64,000 nucleotides of DNA from Eledone cirrhosa (taxonomy: Eukaryota). Location: positions 1,860,001 through 1,924,000 of the forward strand of contig OZ024757.1 of assembly GCA_964016885.1 (NCBI GenBank), given 5' to 3'. A program made the translations under genes and the position numbers. Position 1 is the first letter of the stretch, and each line of letters opens with the position of its first letter. This document shows, one piece after another, positions 27,701 to 42,700 of this stretch. Under the pieces are notes generated by a model. The model saw nothing but the letters and a program-made list of their open reading frames with translations, searched no databases and had not been told where the DNA came from.

Positions 27701-30700
27701 GGTAGACAGTTATGGTAGCTTAGTGTATGAGGTGGACAGGTAGACAGTTATGGTAGATTAGTGTATGAGGTAGACAGGTAGACAGGTATGGTAGCTTAGT
27801 GTATGAGGTGGACAGGTAGACAGTTATGGTAGCTTAGTGTATAAGATGGACAGGTAGACAGTTATGGTAGCTTAGTATATGACGTGGACAGGTAGACAGT
27901 TATGGTAGCTTAGTGTATGAGGTAGACAGGTAGACAGTTATGGTAGCTTAGTGTATGAGGTAGACAGGTAGACAGTTATGGTAGCTTAGTGTATGAGGTG
28001 GACAGGTAGACAGTTATGGTAGATTAGTGTATGAGGTAGACAGGTAGACAGGTATGGTAGCTTAGTGTATGAGGTGGACAGGTAGACAGTTCTGGTAGCT
28101 TAGTGTATGAGGTAGACAGGTAGACAGTTATGGTAGATTAGTGTATAAGGTGGACAGGTAGACAGTTATGGTAGATTAGTGTATGAGGTGGACAGGTAGA
28201 CAGTTATGGCAGCTTAGTGTATAAGGTGGACAGGTGGACAGTTATGGTAGCTTAGTGTATGAGGTGGACAGGTAGACAGTTATGGTAGCTTAGTGTATGA
28301 GGTGGACAGGTAGACAGTTATGGTAGCTTAGTGTATGAGGTAGACAGGTAGACAGGTATGGTAGCTTAGTGTATGAGGTAGACAGGTAGACAGGTATGGT
28401 AGCTTAGTGTATGAGGTAGACAGGTAAACAGTTATGGTAGCTTAGTGTATGAGGTGGACAGGTAGACAGTTATGGTAGCTTAGTGTATGAGGTAGACAGG
28501 TAGACAGGTATGGTAGCTTAGTGTATGAGGTAGACAGGTAGACAGTTATGGTAGCTTAGTGTATGAGGTAGACAGGTAGACAGTTATGGTAGCTTAGTTT
28601 ATGAGGTGGACAGGTAGACAGTTATGGTAGCTTAGTGTATGAGGTGGACAGGTAGACAGTTACGGTAGATTAGTGTATAAGGTGGACAGGTAGACAGTTA
28701 TGGTAGCTTAGTATATGAGGTGGACAGGTAGACAGTTATGGTAGCTTAGTGTATGAGGTAGACAGGTAGAGAGTTATGGTAGCTTAGTGTATGAGGTGGA
28801 CAGGTGGACAGTTATGGTAGCTTAGTGTATGAGGTGGACAGGTAGACAGTTATGGTAGCTTAGTGTATGAGATAGACAGGTAGACAGTTATGGTAGCTTA
28901 GTGTATGAGGTAGACAGGTAGACAGTTATGGTAGCTTAGTGTATGAGGTGGACAGGTAGACAGGTATGGTAGCTTAGTGTATGAGGTAGACAGGTAGACA
29001 GTTATGGTAGCTTAGTGTATGAGGTAGACAGGTAGACAGGTATGGTAGCTTAGTGTATGAGGTAGACACGTAGACAGGTATGGTAGCTTAGTTTATGAGG
29101 TAGACAGGTAAACAGTTATGGTAGCTTAGTGTATGAGGTAGACAGGTAGACAGGTATGGTAGCTTAGTGTATGAGGTAGACAGGTAGACAGGTATGGTAT
29201 CTTAGTGTATGAGGTAGACAGGTAGACAGTTATGGTAGCTTAGTGTATGAGGTGGACAGGTAGACAGTTATGGTAGCTTAGTGTATGAGGTAGACAGGCA
29301 AACAGTTATGGTAGCTTAGTGTATGAGGTGGACAGGTAGACAGTTATGGTAGCTTAGTGTATGAGGTTGACAGGTAAACAGTTATGGTAGCTTAGTGTAT
29401 GAGGTGGACAGGTAGACAGTTATGGTAGCTTAGTGTATGAGGTGGACAGGTAGACAGTTATGGTAGCTTAGTGTATGAGGTGGACAGGTAGACAGTTATG
29501 GTAGATTAGTGTATAAGGTGGACAGGTAGACAGTTATGGTAGCTTAGTGTATGAGGTTGACAGGTAAACAGTTATGGTAGCTCAGTGTATGAGGTAGACA
29601 GGTAGACAGTTATGGTAGCTTAGTGTATGAGGTGGACAGGTAGACAGGTATGGTAGCTTAGTGTATGAGGTAGACAGGTAGACATGTATGGTAGCTTAGT
29701 GTATGAGGTAGACAGGTAAACAGTTATGGTAGCTTAGTGTATGAGGTAGACAGGTAGACAGGTATGGTAGCTTACTGTATGAGGTAGACAGGTAGACAGG
29801 TATGGTAGCTTAGTGTATGAGGTGGACAGGTAGACAGTTATGGTAGCTTAGTGTATGAGGTAGACAGGTAAACAGTTATGGTAGCTTAGTGTATGAGGTA
29901 GACAGGTAGACAGGTATGGTAGCTTAGTGTATGAGGTAGACAGGTAGACAGGTATGGTAGCTTAGTGTATGAGGTAGACAGGTAGACAGTTATGGTAGCT
30001 TAGTGTATGAGGTGGACAGGTAGACAGTTGTGGTAGCTTAGTGTATGAGGTGGACAGGTAGACAGTTATGGTAGCTTAGTGTATGAGGTGGACAGGTAGA
30101 CAGTTATGGTAGATTAGTGTATAAGGTGGACAGGTAGAGAGTTATGGTAGCTTAGTGTATGAGGTGGACAGGTAAACAGTTATGGTAGCTTAGTGTATGA
30201 GGTAGACAGGTAGACAGTCATGGTAGATTAGTGTATGAGATGGACAGGTAGACAGTTATGGTAGCTTAGTGTATGAGGTGCACAGGTAGACAGTTATGGT
30301 AGCTTAGTGTATGAGGTGAACAGGTAGACAGTTATGGTAGATTAGTGTATAAGGTGGACAGGTAGACAGTTATGGTAGCTTAGTGTATGAGGTGGACAGG
30401 TAGACAGTTATGGTAGCTTAGTGTATGAGGTAGACAGGTAGACAGTTATGGTAGCTTAGTGTATGAGGTGGACAGGTAGACAGTTATGGTAGATTAGTGT
30501 ATAAGGTGGACAGGTAGACAGTTATGGTAGCTTAGTGTATGAGGTGGACAGGTAGACAGTTATGGTAGATTAGTGTGAGGTGGACAGGTAGAGAGTTATG
30601 GTAGCTTAGTGTATGAGGTGGACAGGTAGACAGTTATGGTAGCTTAGTGTATGAGGTGGACAGGTGGACAGTTATGGTAGCTTAGTGTATGAGGTGGACA

Positions 30701-33700
30701 GCTAGACAGTTATGGTAGCTTAGTGTATGAGGTAGACAGGTAGACAGTTATGGTAGCTTAGTGTATGAGGTAGACAGGTAGACAGTTATGGTAGCTTAGT
30801 GTATGAGGTGGACAGGTAGACAGGTATGGTAGCTTAGTGTATGAGGTAGACAGGTAGACAGTTATGGTAGCTTAGTGTATGAGGTAGACAGGTAGACAGG
30901 TATGGTAGCTTAGTGTATGAGGTAGACAGGTAGACAGGTATGGTAGCTTAGTGTATGAGGTAGACAGGTATACAGTTATGGTAGCTTAGTGTATGAGGTA
31001 GACAGGTAGACAGGTATGGTAGCTTAGTGCATGAGGTAGACAGGTATGGTAGCTTAGTGTATGAGGTAGACAGGTAGACAGTTATGGTAGCTTAGTGTAT
31101 GAGGTGGACAGGTAGACAGTTATGGTAGATTAGTGTATAAGGTGGACAGGTAGACAGTTATGGTAGCTTAGTATATGAGGTGGACAGGTAGACAGTTATG
31201 GTAGCTTAGTGTATGAGGTATACAGGTAGACAGTTATGGTAGCTTAGTGTATAAGGTGGACAGGTAGACAGTTATGGTAGCTTAGTGTATGAGGTGGACA
31301 GGTAGACAGTTATGGTAGCTTAGTGTATGAGGTAGACAGTTATGGTAGCTTAGTGTATGAGGTAGACAGGTAGTCAGTTATGGTAGATTAGTGTATGAGG
31401 TGGACAGTTATGGTAGCTTAGTGTATGAGGTGGACAGGTAGACAGTTATGGTAGCTTAGTGTATGAGGTAGACAGGTAGACAGTTATGGTAGCTTAGTGT
31501 ATGAGGTAGACAGTTATGGTAGCTTAGAGTATGAGGTGGACAGGTAGACAGTTATGGTAGCTTAGTGTATGAGGTAGACAGGTAGACAGTTATGGTAGAT
31601 TAGTGTATGAGGTAGACAGTTATGGTAGCTTAGTGTATGAGGTGGACAGGTAGACAGTTATGGTAGATTAGTGTATGAGGTGGACAGGTAGACAGTTATG
31701 GTAGATTAGTGTATGAGGTGGACAGTTATGGTAGCTTAGTGTATGAGGTAGACAGGTAGACAGTTATGGTAGATTAGTGTATGAGGTAGACAGGTAGACA
31801 GTTATGGTAGATTAATGTATGAGGTGGACAGGTAGACAGTTATGGTAGATTAGTGTATGAGGTGGACAGGTAGACAGTTATGGTAGCTTAGTGTATGAGG
31901 TAGACAGGTAGACAGTTATGGTAGCTTAGTGTATGAGGTGGACAGGTAGACAGTTATGGTAGCTTAGTGTATGAGGTGGACAGGTAGACAGTTATGGTAG
32001 CTTAGTGTATGAGGTAGACAGTTATGGTAGCTTAGTGTATGAGGTAGACAGGTAGACAGTTATGGTAGATTAGTGTATGAGGTGGACAGTTATGGTAGCT
32101 TAGTGTATGAGGTGGACAGGTAGACAGTTATGGTAGCTTAGTGTATGAGGTAGACAGGTAGACAGTTATGGTAGCTTAGTGTATGAGGTAGACAGTTATG
32201 GTAGCTTAGAGTATGAGGTGGACAGGTAGACAGTTATGGTAGCTTAGTGTATGAGGTAGACAGGTAGACAGTTATGGTAGATTAGTGTATGAGGTAGACA
32301 GTTATGGTAGCTTAGTGTATGAGGTGGACAGGTAGACAGTTATGGTAGATTAGTGTATGAGGTGGACAGGTAGACAGTTATGGTAGATTAGTGTATGAGG
32401 TGGACAGTTATGGTAGCTTAGTGTATGAGGTAGACAGGTAGACAGTTATGGTAGATTAGTGTATGAGGTAGACAGGTAGACAGTTATGGTTGATTAATGT
32501 ATGAGGTGGACAGGTAGACAGTTATGGTAGATTAGTGTATGAGGTGGACAGGTAGACAGTTATGGTAGCTTAGTGTATGAGGTAGACAGGTAGACAGTTA
32601 TGGTAGCTTAGTGTATGAGGTGGACAGGTAGACAGTTATGGTAGCTTAGTGTATGAGGTGGACAGGTAGACAGTTATGGTAGCTTAGTGTATGAGGTGGA
32701 CAGGTAGACAGTTATGGTAGCTTAGTGTATGAGGTGGAGAGGTAGACAGTTATGGAAGCTTAGTTTATGAGGTGGACAGGTAGACAGTTATGGTAGCTTA
32801 GTGTATGAGGTAGACAGGTAGACAGTTATGGTAGCTTAGTGTATGAGGTAGACAGGTAGACAGTTATGGTAGCTTAGTGTATGAGGTGGACAGGTAGACA
32901 GGTATGGTAGCTTAGTGTTTGAGGTAGACAGGTAGACAGTTATGGTAGCTTAGTGTATGAGGTGGACAGGTAGACAGTTATGGTAGCTTAGTGTATGAGG
33001 TAGACAGTTATGGTAGCTTAGTGTATGAGGTAGACAGGTAGACAGTTATGGTAGATTAGTGTATGAGGTGGACAGTTATGGTAGGTTAGTGTATGAGGTG
33101 GACAGGTAGACAGTTATGGTAGCTTAGTGTATGAGGTAGACAGGTAGACAGTTATGGTAGCTTAGTGTATGAGGTAGACAGTTATGGTAGCTTAGAGTAT
33201 GAGGTGGACAGGTAGACAGTTATGGTAGATTAGTGTATGAGGTGGACAGGTAGACAGTTATGGTAGCTTAGTGTATGAGGTAGACAGGTAGACAGTTATG
33301 GTAGCTTAGTGTATGAGGTGGACAGGTAGACAGTTATGGTAGCTTAGTGTATGAGGTGGACAGGTAGACAGTTATGGTAGATTAGTGTATGAGGTAGACA
33401 GGTAGACAGTTATGGTAGATTAGTGTATGAGGTAGACAGGTAGACAGTTATGGTAGATTAGTGTATGAGGTAGACAGATAGACAGTTATGGTAGATTAGT
33501 GTATAAGGTGGACAGGTAGACAGTTATGGAAGCTTAGTGTATGAGGTGGACAGGTATACAGTTATGGTAGCTTAGTGTATGAGGTGGACAGGTAGACAGT
33601 TATGGTAGCTTAGTGTATAAGGTGGACAGGTAGACAGTTATGGTAGCTTAGTGTATGAGGTGGACAGGTAGACAGTTATGGTAGCTTAGTGTATGAGGTA

Positions 33701-36700
33701 GACAGTTATGGTAGCTTAGTGTATGAGGTAGACAGGTAGACAGTTATGGTAGATTAGTGTATGAGGTGGACAGTTATGGTAGCTTAGTGTATGAGGTGGA
33801 CAGGTAGACAGTTATGGTAGCTTAGTGTATGAGGTAGACAGGTAGACAGTTATGGTAGCTTAGTGTATGAGGTAGACAGTTATGGTAGCTTAGAGTATGA
33901 GGTGGACAGGTAGAGAGTTATGGTAGCTTAGTGTATGAGGTAGACAGTTATGGTAGCTTAGTGTATGAGGTAGACAGGTAGACAGTTATGGTAGATTAGT
34001 GTATGAGGTAGACAGTTATGGTAGCTTAGTGTATGAGGTGGACAGGTAGACAGTTATGGTAGATTAGTGTATGAGGTGGACAGGTAGACAGTTATGGTAG
34101 ATTAGTGTATGAGGTGGACAGTTATGGTAGCTTAGTGTATGAGGTAGAGAGGTAGACAGTTATGGTAGATTAGTGTATGAGGTAGACAGGTAGACAGTTA
34201 TGGTAGATTAATGTATGAGGTGGACAGGTAGACAGTTATGGTAGATTAGTGTATGAGGTGGACAGGTAGACAGTTATGGTAGCTTAGTGTATGAGGTAGA
34301 CAGGTAGACAGTTATGGTAGCTTAGTGTATGAGGTGGACAGGTAGACAGTTATGGTAGCTTAGTGTATGAGGTGGACAGGTAGACAGTTATGGTAGCTTA
34401 GTGTATGAGGTGGACAGGTAGACAGTTATGGTAGATTAGTGTATGAGGTAGACAGGTAGACAGTTATGGTAGATTAGTGTATGAGGTAAACAGGTATACA
34501 GTTATGGTAGATTAGTGTATGAGGTAGACAGGTAGACAGTTATGGTAGATTAGTGTATAAGGTGGACAGGTAGACAGTTATGGTAGCTTAGTGTATGAGG
34601 TGGACAGGTAGACAGTTATGGTAGCTTAGTGTATGAGATGGACAGGTAGACAGTTATGGTAGCTTAGTGTATAAGGTGGACAGGTAGACAGTTATGGTAG
34701 CTTAGTGTATGAGGTGGACAGGTAGACAGTTATGGTAGCTTAGTGTATGAGGTAGACAGTTATGGTAGCTTAGTGTATGAGGTAGACAGGTAGACAGTTA
34801 TGGTAGATTAGTGTATGAGGTGGACAGTTATGGTAGCTTAGTGTATGAGGTGGACAGGTAGACAGTTATGGTAGCTTAGTGTATGAGGTAGACAGGTAGA
34901 CAGTTATGGTAGCTTAGTGTATGAGGTGGACAGGTAGACAGTTATGGTAGATTAGTGTATGAGGTGGACAGGTAGACAGTTATGGTAGATTAGTGTATGA
35001 GGTGGACAGTTATGGTAGCTTAGTGTATGAGGTAGACAGGTAGACGGTTATGGTAGATTAGTGTATGAGGTAGACAGGTAGACAGTTATGATAGATTAAT
35101 GTATGAGGTGGACAGGTAGACAGTTATGGTAGATTAGTGTATGAGGTGGACAGGTAGACAGTTATGGTAGCTTAGTGTATGAGGTAGACAGGTAGACAGT
35201 TATGGTAGCTTAGTGTATGAGGTGGACAGGTAGACAGTTATGGTAGCTTAGTGTATGAGGTGGACAGGTAGACAGTTATGGTAGATTAGTGTATGAGGTG
35301 GACAGGTAGACAGTTATGGTAGATTAGTGTATGAGGTGGACAGGTAGACAGTTATGGTAGATTAATGTATGAGGTGGACAGGTAGACAGTTATGGTAGAT
35401 TAGTGTATGAGGTGGACAGGTAGACAGTTATGGTAGATTAGTGTATGAGGTAAACAGGTAGACAGGTATGGTAGATTAATGTATGAGGTGGACAGGTAGA
35501 CAGTTATGGTAGATTAGTGTATGAGGTGGACAGGTAGACAGTTATGGTAGCTTAGTGTATGAGGTAGACAGGTAGACAGTTATGGTAGCTTAGTGTATGA
35601 GGTGGACAGGTAGACAGTTATGGTAGCTTAGTGTATGAGGTAGACAGTTATGGTAGCTTAGTGTATGAGGTAGACAGGTATGGTAGCTTAGTGCATGAGG
35701 TAGACAGGTAGACAGTTATGGTAGATTAGTGTATGAGGTAGACAGTTATGGTAGCTTAGTGTATGAGGTGGACAGGTAGACAGTTATGGTAGATTAGTGT
35801 ATGAGGTGGACAGGTAGACAGTTATGGTAGATTAGGGTATGAGGTGGACAGGAAGACAGTTATGGTAGATTAGTGTATGAGGTAGACAGGTAGACAGTTA
35901 TGGTAGCTTAGTGTATAAGGTGGACAGGTAGCCAGTTATGGTAGATTAGTGTATAAGGTGGACAGGTAGACAGTTATGGTAGCTTAGTGTATTAGGTAGA
36001 CAGGTAGACAGTTATGGTAGCTTAGTGTATGAGGTGGACAGGTAGACAGTTATGGTAGATTAGTGTATGAGGTAGACAGGTAGACAGTTATGGCAGCTTA
36101 GTGTATAAGGGGGACAGGTAGACAGTTATGGTAGATTAGTGTATAAGGTGGACAGGTAGACAGTTATGGTAGCTTAGTGTATTAGGTAGACAGGTAGACA
36201 GTTATGGTAGCTTAGTGTATGAGGTGGACAGGTAGACAGTTATGGCAGATTAGTGTATGACGTAGACAGGTAGACAGTTATGGTAGCTTAGTGTATAAGG
36301 TGGACAGGTAGACAGTTATGGTAGATTAGTGTATGAGGTGGACAGGTAGACAGTTATGGTAGCTTAGTGTATGAGGTGGACAGGTAGACAGTTATGGTAG
36401 CTTAGTGTATGAGGTGGACAGGCAGACAGTTATGGTAGCTTAGTGTATGAGGTGGACAGGTAGACAGTTATGGTAGCTTAGTGTATGAGGTGGACAGGTA
36501 GACAGTTATGGTAGCTTAGAGTATGAGGTAGACAGGTAGACAGTTATGGTAGCTTAGTGTATGAGGTGGACAGGTAGACAGTTATGGTAGCTTAGTGTAT
36601 GAGGTAGACAGGTAGACAGTTATGGTAGCTTAGTGTATGAGGTGGACAGGTAGACAGTTATGGTAGCTTAGTGTATGAGGTAGACAGTTATGGTAGCTTA

Positions 36701-39700
36701 GTGTATGAAGTAGACAGTTATGGTAGATTAGTGTATGAGGTAGACAGTTATGGTAGCTTAGTGTATGAGGTGGACAGGTAGACAGTTATGGTAGATTAGT
36801 GTATGAGGTGGACAGGTAGACAGTTATGGTAGATTAGTGTATGAGGTGGACAGGTAGACAGTTATGGTAGATTAGTGTATGAGGTAGACAGGTAGACAGT
36901 TATGGTAGCTTAGTGTATAAGGTGGACAGGTAGCCAGTTATGGTAGATTAGTGTATAAGGTGGACAGGTAGACAGTTATGGTAGCTTAGTGTATTAGGTA
37001 GACAGGTAGACAGTTATGGTAGCTTAGTGTATGAGGTGGACAGGTAGACAGTTATGGTAGATTAGTGTATGAGGTAGACAGGTAGTCAGTTATGGCAGCT
37101 TAGTGTATAAGGTAGACAGGTAGACAGTTATGGTAGCTTAGTGTATAAGGTGGACAGCTAGACAGTTATGGTAGATTAGTGTATAAGGTGGACAGGTAGA
37201 CAGTTATGGTAGCTTAGTTTATTAGGTAGACAGGTAGACAGTTATGGTAGCTTAGTGTATGAGGTGGACAGGTAGACAGTTATGGTAGATTAGTGTATGA
37301 GGTAGACAGGTAGACAGTTATGGTAGCTTAGTGTATAAGGTGGACAGGTAGACAGTTATGGTAGCTTAGTGTATGAGGTGGACAGGTAGACAGTTATGGT
37401 AGCTTAGTGTATGAGGTGGACAGGTAGACAGTTATGGTAGCTTAGTGTATGAGGTGGACAGGTAGATAGTTATGGTAGCTTAGTGTATGAGGTAGACAGG
37501 TAGACAGTTATAGTAGCTTAGTGTATGAGGTGGACAGGTAGACAGTTATGGTAGCTTAGTGTTTGAGGTGGACAGGTAGACAGTTATGGTAGCTTAGTGT
37601 ATAAGGTGGACAGGTAGACAGTTATGGTAGATTAGTGTATGAGGTGGACAGGTAGACAGTTATGGTAGCTTAGTGTATGAGGCAGACAGGTAGACAGTTA
37701 TGGTAGATTAGTGTATAAGGTGGACAGGTAGACAGTTATGGTAGCTTAGTGTATGAGGTGGACAGGTAGACAGTTATGGTAGCTTAGTGTATGAGGTGGA
37801 CAGGTAGACAGTTATGGTAGCTTAGTGTATGAGGTGGACAGGTAGACAGTTATGGTAGCTTAGTGTTTGAGGTGGACAGGTAGACAGATATGGTAGCTTA
37901 GTGTATGAGGTGGACAGGTAGAGAGTTATGGTAGATTAGTGTATGAGGTGGACAGGTAGACAGTTATGGTAGATTAGTGTATGGGGTAGACAGATAGACA
38001 GTTATGGTAGATTAGTGTATAAGGTGGACAGGTAGACAGTTATGGTAGCTTAGTGTATGAGGTAGACAGGTAGACAGTTATGGTAGCTTAGTGTATGAGG
38101 TGGACAGGTAGACAGTTATGGTAGCTTAGTGTATGAGGTGGACAGGTAGACAGTTATGGTAGCTTAGTGTATGAGGTAGACAGGTAGACAGTTATGGTAG
38201 ATTAGTGTATGAGGTGGACAGGTAGACAGTTATGGTAGATTAGTGTATGAGGTAGACAGGTAGACAGTTATGGTAGATTAGTGTATGAGGTAGACAGGTA
38301 GACAGTTATGGTAGATTAGTGTATGAGGTAGACAGTTATGGTAGCTTAGTGTATGAGGTAGACAGTTATGGTAGATTAGTGTATGAGGTGGACAGGTAGA
38401 CAGTTATGGTAGCTTAGTGTATTAGGTAGACAGGTAGACAGTTATGGTAGATTAGTGTATGAGGTGGACAGGTAGACAGTTATGGTAGATTAGTGTATGA
38501 GGTGGACAGGTAGACAGTTATGGTAGCTTAGTGTATGAGGTAGACAGGTAGACAATTATGGTAGATTAGTGTATGAGGTAGACAGTTATGGTAGCTTAGT
38601 GTATGAGGTAGACAAATAGACAGTTATGGTAGATTAGTGTATGAGGTGGACAGGTAGACAGTTATGGTAGCTTAGTGTATTAGGTAGACAGGTAGACAGT
38701 TATGGTAGATTAGTGTATGAGGTGGACAGATAGACACTTATGTTAGATTAGTGTATGAGGTGGACAGGTAGACAGTTATGGTAGATTAGTGTATGAGGTG
38801 GACAGGTAGACAGTAATGGTAGCTTAGTGTATGAGGTAGACAGGTAGACAGTTATGGTAGCTTAGTGTATGAGGTGGACAGGTAGACAGTTATGGTAGCT
38901 TAGTGTATGAGGTGGACAGGTAGACAGTTATGGTAGCTTAGTGTATGAGGTGGACAGGTAGACAGTTATGGTAGCTTAGTGTATGAGGTGGACAGGTAGA
39001 CAGTTATGGTAGCTTAGTGTATGAGGTGGACAGGTAGACAGTTATGGTAGCTTAGTGTATGAGGTAGACAGTTATGGTAGCTTAGTGTATGAGGTAGACA
39101 GGTAGACAGTTATGGTAGATCAGTGTATGAGGTGGACAGTTATGGTAGCTTAGTGTATGAGGTGGACAGGTAGACAGTTATGGTAGCTTAGTGTATGAGG
39201 TAGACAGGTAGACAGTTATGGTAGCTTAGTGTATGAGGTGGACAGGTAGACAGTTATGGTAGATTAGTGTATGAGGTGGACAGGTAGACAGTTATGGTAG
39301 ATTAGTGTATGAGGTGGACAGTTATGGTAGCTTAGTGTATGAGGTAGACAGGTAGACAGTTATGGTAGGTTAGTGTATGAGGTAGACAGGTAGACAGTTA
39401 TGGTAGATTAATGTATGAGGTGGACAGGTAGACAGTTATGGTAGATTAGTGTATGAGGTGGACAGGTAGACAGTTATGGTAGCTTAGTGTATGAGGTAGA
39501 CAGGTAGACAGTTATGGTAGCTTAGTGTATGAGGTGGACAGGTAGACAGTTATGGTAGCTTAGTGTATGAGGTGGACAGGTAGACAGTTATGGTAGATTA
39601 GTGTATGAGGTGGACAGGTAGACAGTTATGGTAGATTAGTGTATGAGGTGGACAGGTAGACAGTTATGGTAGCTTAGTGTATGAGGTAGACAGTTATGGT

Positions 39701-42700
39701 AGCTTAGTGTATGAGGTAGACAGGTAGACAATTATGGTAGATTAGTGTATGAGGTAGACAGTTATGGTAGCTTAGTGTATGAGGTAGACAAATAGACAGT
39801 TATGGTAGATTAGTGTATGAGGTGGACAGGTAGACAGTTATGGTAGCTTAGTGTATTAGGTAGACAGGTAGACAGTTATGGTAGATTAGTGTATGAGGTG
39901 GACAGATAGACACTTATGTTAGATTAGTGTATGAGGTGGACAGGTAGACAGTTATGGTAGATTAGTGTATGAGGTGGACAGGTAGACAGTAATGGTAGCT
40001 TAGTGTATGAGGTAGACAGGTAGACAGTTATGGTAGCTTAGTGTATGAGGTGGACAGGTAGACAGTTATGGTAGCTTAGTGTATGAGGTGGACAGGTAGA
40101 CAGTTATGGTAGCTTAGTGTATGAGGTGGACAGGTAGACAGTTATGGTAGCTTAGTGTATGAGGTGGACAGGTAGACAGTTATGGTAGCTTAGTGTATGA
40201 GGTGGACAGGTAGACAGTTATGGTAGCTTAGTGTATGAGGTAGACAGTTATGGTAGCTTAGTGTATGAGGTAGACAGGTAGACAGTTATGGTAGATTAGT
40301 GTATGAGGTGGACAGTTATGGTAGCTTAGTGTATGAGGTGGACAGGTAGACAGTTATGGTAGCTTAGTGTATGAGGTAGACAGATAGACAGTTATGGTAG
40401 CTTAGTGTATGAGGTGGACAGGTAGACAGTTATGGTAGATTAGTGTATGAGGTGGTCAGGTAGACAGTTATGGTAGATTAGTGTATGAGGTGGACAGTTA
40501 TGGTAGCTTAGTGTATGAGGTAGACAGGTAGACAGTTATGGTAGGTTAGTGTATGAGGTAGACAGGTAGACAGTTATGGTAGATTAATGTATGAGGTGGA
40601 CAGGTAGACAGTTATGGTAGATTAGTGTATGAGGTGGACAGGTAGACAGTTATGGTAGCTTAGTGTATGAGGTAGACAGGTAGACAGTTATGGTAGCCTA
40701 GTGTATGAGGTGGACAGGTAGACAGTTATGGTAGCTTAGTGTATGAGGTGGACAGGTAGACAGTTATGGTAGATTAGTGTATGAGGTGGACAGGTAGACA
40801 GTTATGGTAGATTAGTGTATGAGGTGGACAGGTAGACAGTTATGGTAGATTAATGTATGAGGTGGACAGGTAGACAGTTATGGTAGATTAGTGTATGAGG
40901 TGGACAGGTAGACAGTTATGGTTGATTAGTGTATGAGGTAAACAGGTAGACAGGTATGGTAGATTAATGTATGAGGTGGACAGGTAGACAGTTATGGTAG
41001 ATTAGTGTATGAGGGGGACAGGTAGACAGTTATGGTAGCTTAGTGTATGAGGTAGACAGGTAGACAGTTATGGTAGCTTAGTGTATGAGGTGGACAGGTA
41101 GACAGTTATGGTAGCTTAGTGTATGAGGTAGACAGTTATGGTAGCTTAGTGTATGAGGTAGACAGGTATGGTAGCTTAGTGTATGAGGTAGACAGGTAGA
41201 CAGTTATGGTAGATTAGTGTATGAGGTAGACAGTTATGGTAGCTTAGTGTATGAGGTGGACAGGTAGACAGTTATGGCAGATTAGTGTATGAGGTAGACA
41301 GGTAGACAGTTATGGTAGCTTAGTGTATAAGGTGGACAGGTAGACAGTTATGGTAGATTAGTGTATGAGGTGGACAGGTAGACAGTTATGGTAGCTTAGT
41401 GTATGAGGTGGACAGGTAGACAGTTATGGTAGCTTAGTGTATGAGGTGGACAGGCAGACAGTTATGGTAGCTTAGTGTATGAGGTGGACAGGTAGACAGT
41501 TATGGTAGCTTAGTGTATGAGGTGGACAGGTAGACAGTTATGGTAGCTTAGAGTATGAGGTAGACAGGTAGACAGTTATGGTAGATTAGTGTATAAGGTG
41601 GACAGGTAGACAGTTATGGTAGCTTAGTGTATGAGGTGGAGAGGTAGACAGTTATGGTAGCTTAGTGTATGAGGTGGACAGGTAGACAGTTATGGTAGCT
41701 TAGTGTATGAGGTAGACAGGTAGACAGTTATGGTAGATTAGTGTATGAGGTAGACAGTTATGGTAGCTTAGTGTATGAGGTGGACAGGTAGACAGTTATG
41801 GTAGATTAGTGTATGAGGTGGACAGGTAGACAGTTATGGTAGATTAGTGTATGAGGTGGACAGGTAGACAGTTATGGTAGATTAGTGTATGAGGTAGACA
41901 GGTAGACAGTTATGGTAGCTTAGTGTATAAGGTGGACAGGTAGCCAGTTATGGTAGATTAGTGTATAAGGTGGACAGGTAGACAGTTATGGTAGCTTAGT
42001 GTATTAGGTAGACAGGTAGACAGTTATGGTAGCTTAGTGTATGAGGTGGACAGGTAGACAGTTATGGTAGATTAGTGTATGAGGTAGACAGGTAGACAGT
42101 TATGGCAGCTTAGTGTATAAGGTAGACAGGTAGACAGTTATGGTAGCTTAGTGTATAAGGTGGACAGCTAGACAGTTATGGTAGATTAGTGTATAAGGTG
42201 GACAGCTAGACAGTTATGGTAGCTTAGTTTATTAGGTAGACAGGTAGACAGTTATGGTAGCTTAGTGTATGAGGTGGACAGGTAGACAGTTATGGTAGAT
42301 TAGTGTATGAGGTAGACAGGTAGACAGTTATGGTAGCTTAGTGTATAAGGTGGACAGGTAGACAGTTATGGTAGCTTAGTGTATGAGGTGGACAGGTAGT
42401 CAGTTATGGTAGCTTAGTGTATGAGGTGGACAGGTAGACAGTTATGGTAGCTTAGTGTATGAGGTGGACAGGTAGATAGTTATGGTAGCTTAGTGTATGA
42501 GGTAGACAGGTAGACAGTTATAGTAGCTTAGTGTATGAGGTGGACAGGTAGACAGTTATGGTAGCTTAGTGTTTGAGGTGGACAGGTAGACAGTTATGGT
42601 AGCTTAGTGTATAAGGTGGACAGGTAGACAGTTATGGTAGATTAGTGTATGAGGTGGACAGGTAGACAGTTATGGTAGCTTAGTGTATGAGGTAGACAGG

